Origin: Octopus sinensis
Taxonomy: Eukaryota
Assembly: GCF_006345805.1 (NCBI RefSeq)
Contig: NC_043008.1
Coordinates: 50,406,001 to 50,470,000, forward strand
Direction of reading: 5' to 3'
Length of the DNA: 64,000 nucleotides
The notes below the pieces were generated by a model that searched no databases, had not been told where the DNA came from, and saw nothing but the letters and a program-made list of their open reading frames with translations. Both the position numbers and the translations under genes were made by a program. Position 1 is the first letter of the stretch; each line of letters opens with the position of its first letter. Shown here piece by piece: positions 51,750 through 63,610 of the stretch.

Positions 51750-52060
51750 TGAGGGAGCATAGCCAAGTTGTTAATGTGTTGCACTTACGATTCTGAGGTT
51801 GTGGTTTCAATTCCTAGACTGAGTGGTGTGTTGTGTTCTTGTGCAAAATACTTAATTTCAGGTTACTCTGCAATCACTTTGACATCTGATGCAAAGTGTG
51901 CACCTGTTCATCTGTGCACCTGTTCAGGCAATGTCGTTTTCATGGAGGGAGTGAGCTTAATATACAGCCACATACATTTGGTCACTAGAAACAAAATCAT
52001 TTGTGCGGGTTGTTAGGTAAAGATAACACTCATATGTTGTTTTTTTCAACAGGAGAGTCT
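51748..52060 (+). mobile_element. SINE with a family D-like tRNA head but a different body
   Basis: gagggagcatagccaagttgttaatgtg...gtggtttcaattcctagactgagtggtgtgttgtgttcttgtgcaaaatacttaatttc resembles the D head; the downstream sequence does not match the D body. Confidence 0.55.
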
Positions 52061-52389
52061 ATCATATTGAGTTCAAATCCAGCAAGGTCGACATTGCCTT
52101 TCATCCTTTTGGGGGTTAATAAAATAAGTACCAAATTTCAAACCTTCTACTTATAGTAGAAAGGATTGTTTTTATTATTACTTTCCTTTTTATCTTGGGT
52201 TTTGTTGGAACTTGTGGAGTTTTGCATGTGTAGTGGGCTTGCTGCCTGCAGCCTACGGTACCATGCTATCTGTTCTTTTCAACTATCTAATACTTTCCTG
52301 ATTATTCTGGCTGTGCCAAGGAGGAAAGCTTTTTGCAACAGTTCTACTGGGCACTCTATTCCAATTTCCTTTATGTTCCTCTTGATGCC

Positions 52390-52434
<45 letters not shown>

Positions 52435-52437
<3 letters not shown>

Positions 52438-53625
52438 TCAAATTCCGTTGAGGTCGGCTTTGCCTTTCATCTTTTCAGGGTCGATAAATTAAGTACCAGT
52501 GAAATACTGGGGTTGATGTAATTGACCAATCCCATCTCCACCAAATTTCAAGCCTTGTGCCTTCAGTAGAAAGGATTATTATTGTTATTATTAAGGGTGG
52601 TATACAGGGTAGAATCATTAGAGAGTTGGACAAGATGTCTTGCAATGTTTCTTCCAACTCCTTATGTCTAAGACCAGATCCCACTGAGGTCAACTTTGCC
52701 TTTCATCTTTTCATGCTCAATAAAATGGGTACAAGTTGAGCACTGGGGTCAATAATGTCAACTAACCTTTGTCCCAAATCTGAAACCCTGAACCTATACT
52801 GAAAACAATTAGAAACAGGTTTTTAAAGATTGGTAGATTGGTAGATTCTTTAAAATGTTGGACAAACTCCCTAGTAGTATTTGTTCAAGATTTCTACCTT
52901 GAGTTCAAATCCTGCTGAAGTCAACTTTGCTTTTTATCCCTGCAGGGTTGATGAAAATAAGTGCCAGTGTAGTTCTAGGGTTGGTGTAATTAACTAACCC
53001 CCTTACCTCAAAATTGTTGGCCTTGTGCCTAAATCAAAACAAACAAGATGGCAAAATGGTAGAATTGTTGGAGCATTGGAAAGATTGCTTTGCAGTATTT
53101 GTTCTGACTCAACATTTTGAGTTCAAATCCCACTGAGGTCAACTTTGCCCTTCATCCCTCCTGGGTTGAACAAATGAACTATCAGTCAAGTACTGGGGTC
53201 AGTGTAGCAGACTTGCCCCTTCCCTCAAAACTGTTGACCTTGTGCCTTTGCCTTTCCTCCTGTTGGGGATTAATAAAATATGTACCAGTCAAGTACTGGG
53301 TCGATAAAATTGACTTACTCCCTCCTCCGAACTTGCTGGGCTTGTGCAAAATTTGAAACCATTATTATTATTATTATTATTATTATTAAGACAACAAACT
53401 CTGGCAGAATTGTTAGCACATCAAATGGTTTAGCAGCTTATTTTCTGGCTTTATATTCTGAGTTCAAATTCTGTAGTGGTCAGCTTTGCTTTTCATCCTT
53501 TCAAGATTAATAAAATAAGTACCAGTTGAGCGCTGGGTTTGATGTAATTAACTAGTTCCCTCCTACATCCACACACACATTTTAGGCCTTGTGCTTATAG
53601 TGGAAAGAATTATTACTATTATTGC
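52435..53625 (+). mobile_element. Stack of about six head-to-tail SINE family B copies, preceded by (ATT)n at 52390-52434
   Basis: B-box/core blocks near 52440, 52680, 52905, 53120, 53280 (partial) and 53460, each followed by gccttgtgc...ATT-rich tails. Confidence 0.85.
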
Positions 53626-53689
53626 TATTATTTTTATTATTCGAAGCAGGATTTTACACACACACATACCCATCCATCCAGTCATCAGC

Positions 53690-54085
53690 TTCTTGAATGA
53701 AGATTCATAGGGGACATTCATGTCTGCTGCAGGCCTGTTGATGCCTGATGAGTCTGGTTTGGGACATTCAGGCATGATTGTGGAGACCACATGGGAAGGG
53801 AGGCTGATCAAGACTGGTTGTAGTGTCCATGTTTTTCTGCCCCCCCCTCTCTTTCCTGCAAGGATGGTCCTGTGGGTGTCTTCAAACGAAGCTGTTGCTC
53901 AATGGACATTGAGAAGATTCTCAGTCAGCAGCAACACCAGATCACTGGTGATCAGTGTGGTAGGAACCAAGGGATTTGTTTAGGGAGTCTTTGTACCTCT
54001 TCTTTGGTGTATGTCTATCACAGTGACCAGAGGTGCCTGCAAGCTCACAACAAAACTCTGGAACAATCCATCCATGAGTTACTTT
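53690..54085 (-). mobile_element. RTE (BovB-like) LINE 3' end with C-terminal zinc-finger-like tail, decayed
   Basis: Minus strand CELAGTSGHCDRHTPKKRYKDSLNKSLGSYHTDHQ (cf. GEL..GKR.RG.PKKRYKDSLK..L....IDH), then DQPPFPCGLHNHA*MSQTRLIRHQQACS (cf. C..C.R.CLSRIGL.SHQRAC). Confidence 0.8.
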
Positions 54086-54099
54086 ATGTAGACATAAGC

Positions 54100-54109
54100 A
54101 TATATATAT

Positions 54110-54158
<49 letters not shown>
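54100..54158. repeat. (TA)n microsatellite
   Basis: Read directly. Confidence 0.95.
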
Positions 54159-54162
<4 letters not shown>

Positions 54163-56812
54163 ATTTCATGGGCTACTATATTTTTTGACCCAAGTAAGGA
54201 ATTGTTAATTTTTGTGTATTCTGTAGGATTTTCTTTTATATCCTTAATTATTGACAAAATAAGCTTAAAAAAAATGATAAATAAAAATGTTACTCTTGTT
54301 TGGTTTTTGAATCATATTGAGTATACAAAACTGGGCAAAAATATTTTTATTTAAATACTTACAGTAAGATAATGAACATTTTCTTGATAATTCAGATTCA
54401 CTTCAGTCTTGAAAATAACTAGACATCACTGATTAATATGTTTTATGGCTACTTCATCATCATAACCATATTCATTAGCATTAAATGATATGAAATCCAT
54501 TTCTAAAGCTGGTATTGATTAACTATATTCATATTGTTTATGGCTATCTATGTGAAGTTCTTTAGGTAAATTTTTAAAATCTTATTTCATTTTTTTCATT
54601 CTTTTCTATTATATTTTTAAAAACTTTTTTGAGACTAGATCACTGGTTTCTATTAATTTCCATCTGTTGATCTTCATATAAAATTCATTAATTTCCTGCT
54701 TTTACAAATCCATTTCTTTCACTACTTAGATTTCCTGATCATGTACCATATTTATATCCTAGAATCTCCTCTCTCTCTCCACACATCCAGAATTTTCTCA
54801 TCTCTTAGATGTTTGTTACCAATACAAATTTTTAGTTTTCTGAATATATTTTTTCTTGTTCTTGATATTATTGCCTCTATCAGCTTATCTTCTAATTTGA
54901 TCATCCGTTATTTGCAATTGAGAGAATTTGTAGAACAAGGAATTGAATGCTATGTATTTATGTCCTTTTGCATTCTGAGTTCAAATACTTCCAGAGCCAA
55001 ATTCATCTTTTATCTTTCTGTGGTTAATAACATGTCTACTAGTTAAACAAGAGGGCCATGTTTGGAACACCATTGAGCAATGGTTTATCTTACTTTGAGA
55101 CTAAACCACAGCAGAAAGGTTACATGATGGTACTAGCACACAATAGAAATGGTTAAGTATAACCATCTGGATCACCACCAAGTAATCTTACATTTTTATC
55201 TTTAGTTAACTGGACTCAGGTTTTGCAGTGTTCTTGAAAAAGTGAATGTGTTAGTCTAGGTGACTTATCTTGTGGGCAGGTAGTACGGTCTCAAAATAGT
55301 CCAGTTAGATTCATGATGTGCAGTCTGGGAAATAAATTTTTTTGAAATGAGCATGGTTTGTTGTAGGTGTCTTTAGCAGAGTTTTTAATCTTTTTCATCA
55401 TAATGAAAAATATGTTGACATATTCAAAATTATCAATTCCACAACCCAAGTGGTAACCTCTGTACCCTGTTTGTGAACTACGTTCATCTTGTAATGACAT
55501 TTGGCTGTCTCATTTGGTAGTATAAGAGATAGTTATTCATTGATAAGCGAGATATGCAGGAGAACCAACCAGCTACAACACTGCTTTGCCTCAAACCTTC
55601 GTGTTGTGTTTGGCAGAATAAAATTGCCAAAACACATTTTAAGAGATTATAACTCAGTCATACAAATAAATAACTATTAAGATCTGATTTCAACAACTAG
55701 ATCATATGAACACTGTACAAAGAAAAGAAAGAAAACTCTAAAGACAAATCTTTCTTAGTTTTAACTACAAAGAGATTGTGTTCTACCATAACAATTCAAT
55801 CCTCATACTGCTAGGATTACTTGCACACATTTTGAAGAGCTTACTTGAGAAAAATCTCACTCGCCATATTTTCACGTTTGTTAGATGACCTAAAAACTTG
55901 ATCTTGACCATATTTTGTCTAAAGAAAAAGAAAACAAAAACACCTGAAACTTATAAATATGCCACTGACAAATCTCTTGTTGTTAGCAGCAATAGAAAAT
56001 ACTTGGTTTTTATATCTTTTTAATCATACATAAAAAAACAAAAAAAAACTGCTGAGATAACAATCTAATTTTATGAAGATGTGTACTTTTGATAGAATAT
56101 GTGAGATATCTTCAATTCTTAAGCATTTAGTCATATTATATATTTTTCTATTTATTTCATTCATTCAAGAATTCTTAATTAATGAGTTAAGTTTTGTGTT
56201 CAAATATCAGCTCTCTGTTCAAACTATTCATTACATTTAATGTGTAAATAAATCAAATTTGTTTACATCTTTCTTCTTCAACTGATCTCCAAGTTTTATA
56301 ATCATTTCTTCCTTATTTCAACAACTCATTACTTTTCTTTTATTTTGAAATCTCACCTTGGTAATTATATTTTGATTGGCATTTAACGATTTAAGAATTT
56401 TAGTTGTAACTGCAAACCAATCTATGTAGATTAGTTCTTGCAGTTAATTCAACATGTGTTAACATAATGATGGACCATCCAACAATGAGCATTCAGTTGG
56501 TTGATCAATTGAACTACCTACTGATTGAATTAACATGTAATTCTCAAATTGAATCAGCACAACACAATATGATAAGGTTGATGCTGAGCTACAAGTAGAA
56601 CTTATCCAAAGGTTTTGCATGCAGTTTCCATCTACCCAATTTCATCCCAAGGCCTGATCTATGGAGCAGTGGAATCAATCCCAGACCCCATGATTGTAAA
56701 TTAAATTTCTTAGCTACTTGAATATACCTAGGTCCTTTTCCTTTAATACGTGAAACAAAAATGTATTTAAACAAGAAATATTTAAATCAAATGTCACTTA
56801 TGATTTATCACA

Positions 56813-56880
<68 letters not shown>

Positions 56881-57628
56881 TTGCATCCATCAGTGACAAT
56901 TTGGCAATGTCAAAAAATGATGGAAATCATGTTTTGCTTTGGGGAGTTTTTTCCCTCTTATTATTTTTTTTTTTATACTAAATTGATACATAATAATTTT
57001 TGAACATTTATTGATAAATTGACTTCCTATAATTCTTGAATAATTTTAGAAATTAATATTCATTATCTCTTTGGCTACTGTTTCTGACAAGATTTCTTTT
57101 ACAGTTAACTATGGAAAATATTTGTGCTAAAGTTAGTAACTTGATTTTTCTTTTATTGAATAGTGAAAAATATCTAATAAACAATACTTTGGTAGTCCAA
57201 ACTGGTGCAAGGAAAGACAAATAATGGTCAATAGTAATAGATGTTACTATTACTGGCAGCTAGAACATCACTCCAATATAATTTTTTTTTTGTATTTTCT
57301 TTTGTAGACTGGACAAATTTAGGATTTTGGGCATTACCCATGTCCATCATATATTCATTCAGTCCGAACATCTCACTAGTATTATATGAATTTGTCTGTG
57401 AGTGCTGTCTGCGTGCTTCTGGCAACAAACCAACAATTCAAATCATAAAGAGTACACATATCTAATTTTGTTATAACAGAGAATATGTGTTTGTGTCGTT
57501 AACATATATGTATATAAATATATACAGGCTTTACATAGGCACACACATTGGTACCCCCCAAAATTTTGTGAAATTGGCAATGAAAGTCAACTAAGTAACA
57601 ACTTTGTGTAATAATAGATAATGAAAGT

Positions 57629-57659
<31 letters not shown>

Positions 57660-58066
57660 CAATGTACATATTTAAAGACGGATAAATGAAAATACACAGT
57701 TACACATAGACTGATATATACACATGCATGCAGACACACACCATACATGGGCATACGCACAGACAGTTTCATAAACTTAGACATTTAGACATATACACAT
57801 AGAGATATACAAACACATATACTCTCAGCCACAGCACAATTGTATAAATCAAAACTTAGTGATTTGTTAAATATATCAGTAAAATTAGTCACAGACTGAT
57901 ATAAATATTTGGATCAATATGATTTACTAAACACTTCTTGGTGGTGCCACAACATGGTTCAATAACTACAGTAAATATATAATAAAATAAAATCACCACA
58001 TAAAAGCACCTGTCACTGCGGAAGCATTGTCTTTAAGATAGCATGTTAGCACTAAGATTGTATTAA

Positions 58067-58280
58067 CCTTTTAGCATTTAAGCTGGCTATATTTAGCCTA
58101 AATATCCTGTTTTATGTTCCAGCTAGCCAGATCTACCCCCAAACACCTACCCTATAATGTCATTCTAAAATAAACAATCACTTCATAGAAATTTCAAAGC
58201 TCTAAAGATAATGCATGATTAATTCAAAACAGTGTAAATAGACAAGTATTACCTTTGACAGTAATGTGAATGCTAAAGGG
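58067..58280. mobile_element. TTAA-flanked (piggyBac-type) MITE, 214 bp, second family
   Basis: TTAA|CCTTTTAGCATTT...GAATGCTAAAGGG|TTAA (TTAA at 58063-58066 and 58281-58284); 13-bp imperfect terminal inverted repeat. Confidence 0.8.
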
Positions 58281-58470
58281 TTAAGGTATTGTCTTTGGTC
58301 TGATCATATTAAGGTTTTGTGTCATCTTTCTGATTTAAATAAAAAAAAAATTCAAGGTGGTGGTGGGGGTGGTGAAATTTGGTTTGGGCAATAGAATCTC
58401 CTTTACTAATTATGATTAAAATAGTAAGTTATAATATTAATGTAAGAAAACTAGAAAAAAAACAAAAAAA

Positions 58471-59740
58471 CATGCCCTTTCATCCTGGGGAAATGGGTAA
58501 CCTGCTGAATATTTTCAAATTATAAAAATAGATGTTTGTTTATTCAGAAATCATTAATTATTTGGCTATTTTGATAATTTTAAAAAAAATAGTTTTATAA
58601 AGGTATGTTGTGTGTGTGCGTGTGTACTCACTAAACCTTAATGAACTGACACAATTATTTTTAGATGTGTGTTAAAATATATTCTTTATTTGTTTTATGT
58701 TCTGTTATTTTTATTTGTTAATATTTCATTTTATTAAAACCTTCAGTTACTTATCCTGTTTTTGTTTTCAGTTTAAATGTTTTTGGTTTCTTTTTTTGTT
58801 TTTGTTTTTGTTTTTTAAATATCTGTGCATGATGGTTGAAAAGGCTTGAAGTGAGATTTGCCTAAAATTCTCATCACATGAGATTTAAACATCATAAAGG
58901 GCTGTCTTTTGCCAGAGAGCACATTGCTTTCAACCTAATAAAATCTCAAACTTGATGAACTGCCATTTCATGGAAGTTCAGTCTGCTGACCCAGTAGCAA
59001 GGAATAAAATTCAGCTTTACTTCACTCCTCACCTTATTTACTATCATCCCTCTTAAAAAAAAAAAAAAAAAAAAAACCAAAAAAAGAAAAGAAAAAAAAA
59101 ACAAAAAAACATGCCCTTTCATCCTGGGGAAATGGGTAACCTGCTGAATATTTTCAAATTATAAAAATAGATGTTTGTTTATTCAGAAATCATTAATTAT
59201 TTGGCTATTTTGATAATTTTAAAAAAAATAGTTTTATAAAGGTATGTTGTGTGTGTGCGTGTGTACTCACTAAACCTTAATGAACTGACACAATTATTTT
59301 TAGATGTGTGTTAAAATATATTCTTTATTTGTTTTATGTTCTGTTATTTTTATTTGTTAATATTTCATTTTATTAAAACCTTCAGTTACTTATCCTGTTT
59401 TTGTTTTCAGTTTAAATGTTTTTGGTTTCTTTTTTTGTTTTTGTTTTTGTTTTTTAAATATCTGTGCATGATGGTTGAAAAGGCTTGAAGTGAGATTTGC
59501 CTAAAATTCTCATCACATGAGATTTAAACATCATAAAGGGCTGTCTTTTGCCAGAGAGCACATTGCTTTCAACCTAATAAAATCTCAAACTTGATGAACT
59601 GCCATTTCATGGAAGTTCAGTCTGCTGACCCAGTAGCAAGGAATAAAATTCAGCTTTACTTCACTCCTCACCTTATTTACTATCATCCCTCTTAAAAAAA
59701 AAAAAAAAACCAAAAAAAGAAAAGAAAAAAAAAAACAAAA
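58471..59740 (+). repeat. Direct tandem duplication, period 639 bp
   Basis: catgccctttcatcctgggg starts at 58471 and 59110. The copies look identical by eye except for poly-A lengths. The junction lies in an A-rich tract (gaaaaaaaaaacaaaa). Confidence 0.95.
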
Positions 59741-59828
59741 CCCAATGGCCACTGTTAATTAAAATTATAAAGAGTTCTTTGTTTTGCTTTTTGAACCTGA
59801 TCACACTAACAGCCTATACATATTGCAG

Positions 59829-59864
59829 GTTATACCCACATCTTAATGGCGTGTCACTTCCCCG
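59829..59864 (+). CDS. CRTC1: Candidate 36-nt frame-preserving microexon of the CRTC gene, (R)LYPHLNGVSLP(R)
   Basis: Branch-point CACTAAC at 59804-59810, acceptor tattgcAG (59827-59828), strong donor CCG|GTGAGT (59865). Open in phase 2/2, so it joins the AG left by exon 4213-4277 (AG+G=Arg) and leaves CG for the next exon (Arg). No protein homology recognised; the assignment rests on splice signals and phase. Confidence 0.55.
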
Positions 59865-61212
59865 GTGAGTTTGTGATTGCCTCTCAGTCTAAGTCCTTCC
59901 CCTTTCCCTAGCATCTTGGTGGCTGCAATGATGGCAGTGTTGGTATGAACTGCTTTCTTACTGCTCCAGGGCATGTTTTGCATGAAAACATTTAATGAAT
60001 GCAATAAAACTACTAACAATTCTTATTCTCTGACCGTAGTGGTTAATACAAGCATTGGCATATGAAAGACTTGACACTTAGCATGAAAACTCTGAAGTTA
60101 GCCTTGACATTGGGCTAAATTCTCTCGCATATTGTTTAACATAAATAATTAAACCTTGCATTATAGTATAAGGATAACTTCAATAATAGATTGTTGCTGA
60201 ACTACTTGTTAGATAATTTCTCATTTAAGCATTCATTTTTCTCCCTTTTTGACTTATATCTAATTTTTTTAGAATCCAAGCCAGTAAAACAATGCTTGTA
60301 AGCCAATAATGTTTACTCTCTCTTCATAAGACAATATAGATATGATGACACTTCGTACTGCGATTGAATTCTTGTTTGTAAAAGTGATATGACAACCAGC
60401 CTACTGTGAAGTATTGAAAGTGTGAATGTGTGTGATGAGTTGAATGGATGAAATGGTAATAAAGAATTTATTCCAACAGATAGAATTACAGAATCATGAA
60501 ATATTTACTAAATAATTTGCCTTTTGTTCAATCAAGTTCCTTATTCTTTAAATGCTATTCTTTAATTTTTTTTAATTAAATTTTTTTTTTGTACAAATTG
60601 TTGTTTTTTTTAAGAATAATTTGCAGTATGCACATACACACGCACACATGTGTTTAATGTTGATTGTCAGGAGAAAGAGTACTTGATACCATACTAGAAA
60701 TTAATAATATTTTTAGTTTGGTTGAGTTGGTCTCTTGCTACTCTGAGTTTCACATGTGGCTGCACTAGGTCTTCAGGCAAGTTTGATACACACACACACA
60801 CTCATACACATTAAGTAACTAGTCAATCATAGATCAGTTGCAATTGTGCGACTAGAATAGACAGTTTATGTGATATTATGTCCAATTGGATGTCTATGCA
60901 GTTAATGCACATTACACCATATCTTTCTTCAGCTCCCATCGCTTAATTCTTTTGTGCCTGCTTCCTCTCTCTCTTTCTCTCTCTCTCATTCTCCATTTAC
61001 TCGAAATGTCTATTTTATCTATGATCATTCATTCCTTCAAATGCATATAACTAACATTGAGCTTTTAAAATTCTAGCTCCATATTCTATTTTACTATAAT
61101 ATCAATTTAGTGTTAACATAGTATTTGTAGATATGCTTAAATGTATTACTATTTAGTCTGAATAGAATACTAATATTACTTTTTTTCTTTTTTCTGTTTG
61201 ATTATACAAGGC

Positions 61213-61214
<2 letters not shown>

Positions 61215-61271
<57 letters not shown>
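61215..61271. repeat. (TA)n microsatellite
   Basis: Read directly. Confidence 0.95.
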
Positions 61272-61273
<2 letters not shown>

Positions 61274-63249
61274 CTTTGTTTTACAACCTCAGTTTTTTTA
61301 TTTGAGCTACAATTGCATAGTAATTTTATTTCAGTTAACCATAAATGTACTTAATTAAAATAATTTTTATTCTTTTTTCCTTCATTTTGTATTAAGAATC
61401 AAATTTTATTATTTGCTGCTGAGCAGCTTTTCTATTATTGTATTTAAACTGAAGAACTAGCATTAGACAGAAGGGAATAATACTCAAAATAAGGGCATAT
61501 ACACCGAAAAATGGATTATTACAAATACATATATTTATATTGATATTTTGTTTGCTCTGGAAATAAGGGGTTGTGGCCTTGGCTTTCATATAGGCTCTCT
61601 GAGACCTGTGAGATTGTGGCTAATGTTCCTTTCGAACAGATGCAATTTGAGGGCTGCTGAAAGACAGTTCCAAAGGAATGCTCTGGAGGAAAGTAGTTAG
61701 AGCGCAATATGGGTATCAAGAGGATGATGTATATAATTATATATAAGTGTGTCTGTGTGAATCTAGGGAGCCTGAGTGGAAATAGTATGTGACCAGTCAG
61801 CTCTATGAAGCAGTCAAACGGACTGAGTGCAGAGATAGCACACACTCTCTCTCTCTCTCTCTCTTTCTCTCTCCTGATGTACAGGGACTAGGGTGTGCAG
61901 TGAAGGATTTCATGACAGTTAGTTGGGATGGCCATTTTGAAAATGGGAAACCTGTAGGGTTTGGCTTACAACTCTTATCAGCAGGACTTAAAATAATTTT
62001 TTTCTTTCTTTTCTCTTGCATCTTGCTTTCTTTTCACATTTATGATTGGCAGAACACAACAACAACAACAACAATAATGACTTCTTTTATAATAATAATA
62101 ATAATAATAATAATCTATTGCTCTTGATCAGAATGTCATATACAGATGAGATGTAGTATTAGTTAAACTTCAGATTGATTCTTATAAGAAAATAGCAAAA
62201 AAAGTTGCTGATTATGTACACTTTAAATGTTTTTATTTTATTGTATTTTTATTGAAAAATATTCTACAGACAGTGTAATTATGCTATCTGTGTTTATTTC
62301 ATGACTTTCAAATAGTATAGTTAACTGTGAACAATTTTCAGAAGATATTTGATTTCAATATGTATTTATGCAATTAGTTGTTTGAATTAATGAGCTTTAT
62401 GCAAAGTTCAGTCCAGAGTAATTTGATGTTTAAAATGCTGTTAATTAAATGCTTTACTGATGTTTTTTTTTTTCGTTTTTATTATTATCATTCAGCTGTT
62501 GTTGGCATTTTTAAATGTTTCAAAACACATAACAAAACAAGAAAAAAAAACACTCATAAAAACTGTAAAAGAATAAGCTATATTTCATTATTTTTCTTGT
62601 TACATCCATGTAGACTCCTTTATCTGAAGTTTCATTTTAGTTTATTTAAAAGTCTGAGAACTGACAGTCTTGACTAGACTGTTGGAAAACATTTTGTTTT
62701 GGCGCTTTACTGTTATTTACTCTTATAACAAGAGAAATGTGTGTGTGTGTGTATATATACGCACACATGCAAAACAACTTATCTGTTAGTTAATTAAAAT
62801 ATAAACGATTGGTAATTATATAACATAGACCTCAGCATAGAACAAGATAATCTATTTATAACCTGATAATCTATGTGAATTAAGATTTTTAATGTAAATG
62901 ATATTGGAGACGTTATTACACATGAGTTTGAGACGGATAAATGAAATAGGCTCACTAATGTATTTTCAACTGATTGTGATGATAAATGCACTTGTTCTAC
63001 CCCTGCTACAATTTGACCTTTTTTTCTCTCTTCCAAATTTGTTTGTCTTCTTGTTGATATCCATGAATTGTGAGTTTTCAAATTTCATCAGGATTGATTT
63101 AGCTTTCATTTATAAAATAAGTGCCTGTTAATCATTGGGGAGTTTATCCAATCAGCTTACACCCGGCTTCAAAATAAGTGGTCTTGCACTAAAGCTGTAA
63201 ATTAGAGGAACATTTATTATTATTATTGTTGTTGTTATTATTATTGTAA

Positions 63250-63610
63250 TGAGCTTCCATTACCAATTCATATCTCAAGGACTTTGCACAGGATTCTTAC
63301 AGAATACAAGATAACAATTTTCTGCAGCTCTGCTATCTGACAATTGCAATATTTCTTCTGTTTCATCAATAGTTGTTTTGACATTCTTCCCCCTGCTTTG
63401 GTGATAATAGGGATAAACTTTACTGACATGCTCCACTGTGTTCTCAAATCTTTGCCCAAATCTAAATACATTTCAATTTTCTCTCTTTCTTTGGCTTCAA
63501 CTCTGCTATCTTGTGCAACAATAAAGTCAGTAATCTTGCATATTTTGTTTCTCCCCGCTTCCATTCTCATATTTATTCTCTATGTCTATAGAAAGATGAG
63601 TTTGCAATAA
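63250..63610 (-). mobile_element. R4/Dong-clade non-LTR retrotransposon 3' end (restriction-like endonuclease domain) abutting a (TAA)n tract
   Basis: ORF 63268-63570(-) ICKITDFIVAQDSRVEAKEREKIEMYLDLGKDLRTQWSMSVKFIPII...IAELQKIVILYSVRILCKVLEI matches the C.IIDFAVP.D.RV..KE.EKIEKY.DL..EL...W...V.VIP...LQK..LL...RILRKVL C-terminus. It is followed on its own strand by (AAT/AAC)n at 63215-63247. Confidence 0.85.

Larger units (their letters stand above)
4278..59828 (+). other. Putative 55,551-nt intron of the CRTC gene
   Basis: GT at 4278 and AG at 59827-59828. No T-x-S-D-S-A-L-H exon or other CRTC-like coding segment found between them by manual scan. Filled with repeats. Confidence 0.5.

Noticed and set aside
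52390-53625. Idea that SINE B is mobilised by the Dong-like element because both associate with TAA/ATT repeats
   Set aside because: The strands disagree: SINE B has (ATT)n on its sense strand while the Dong-like remnant has (AAT)n, and I see no shared 3' sequence.
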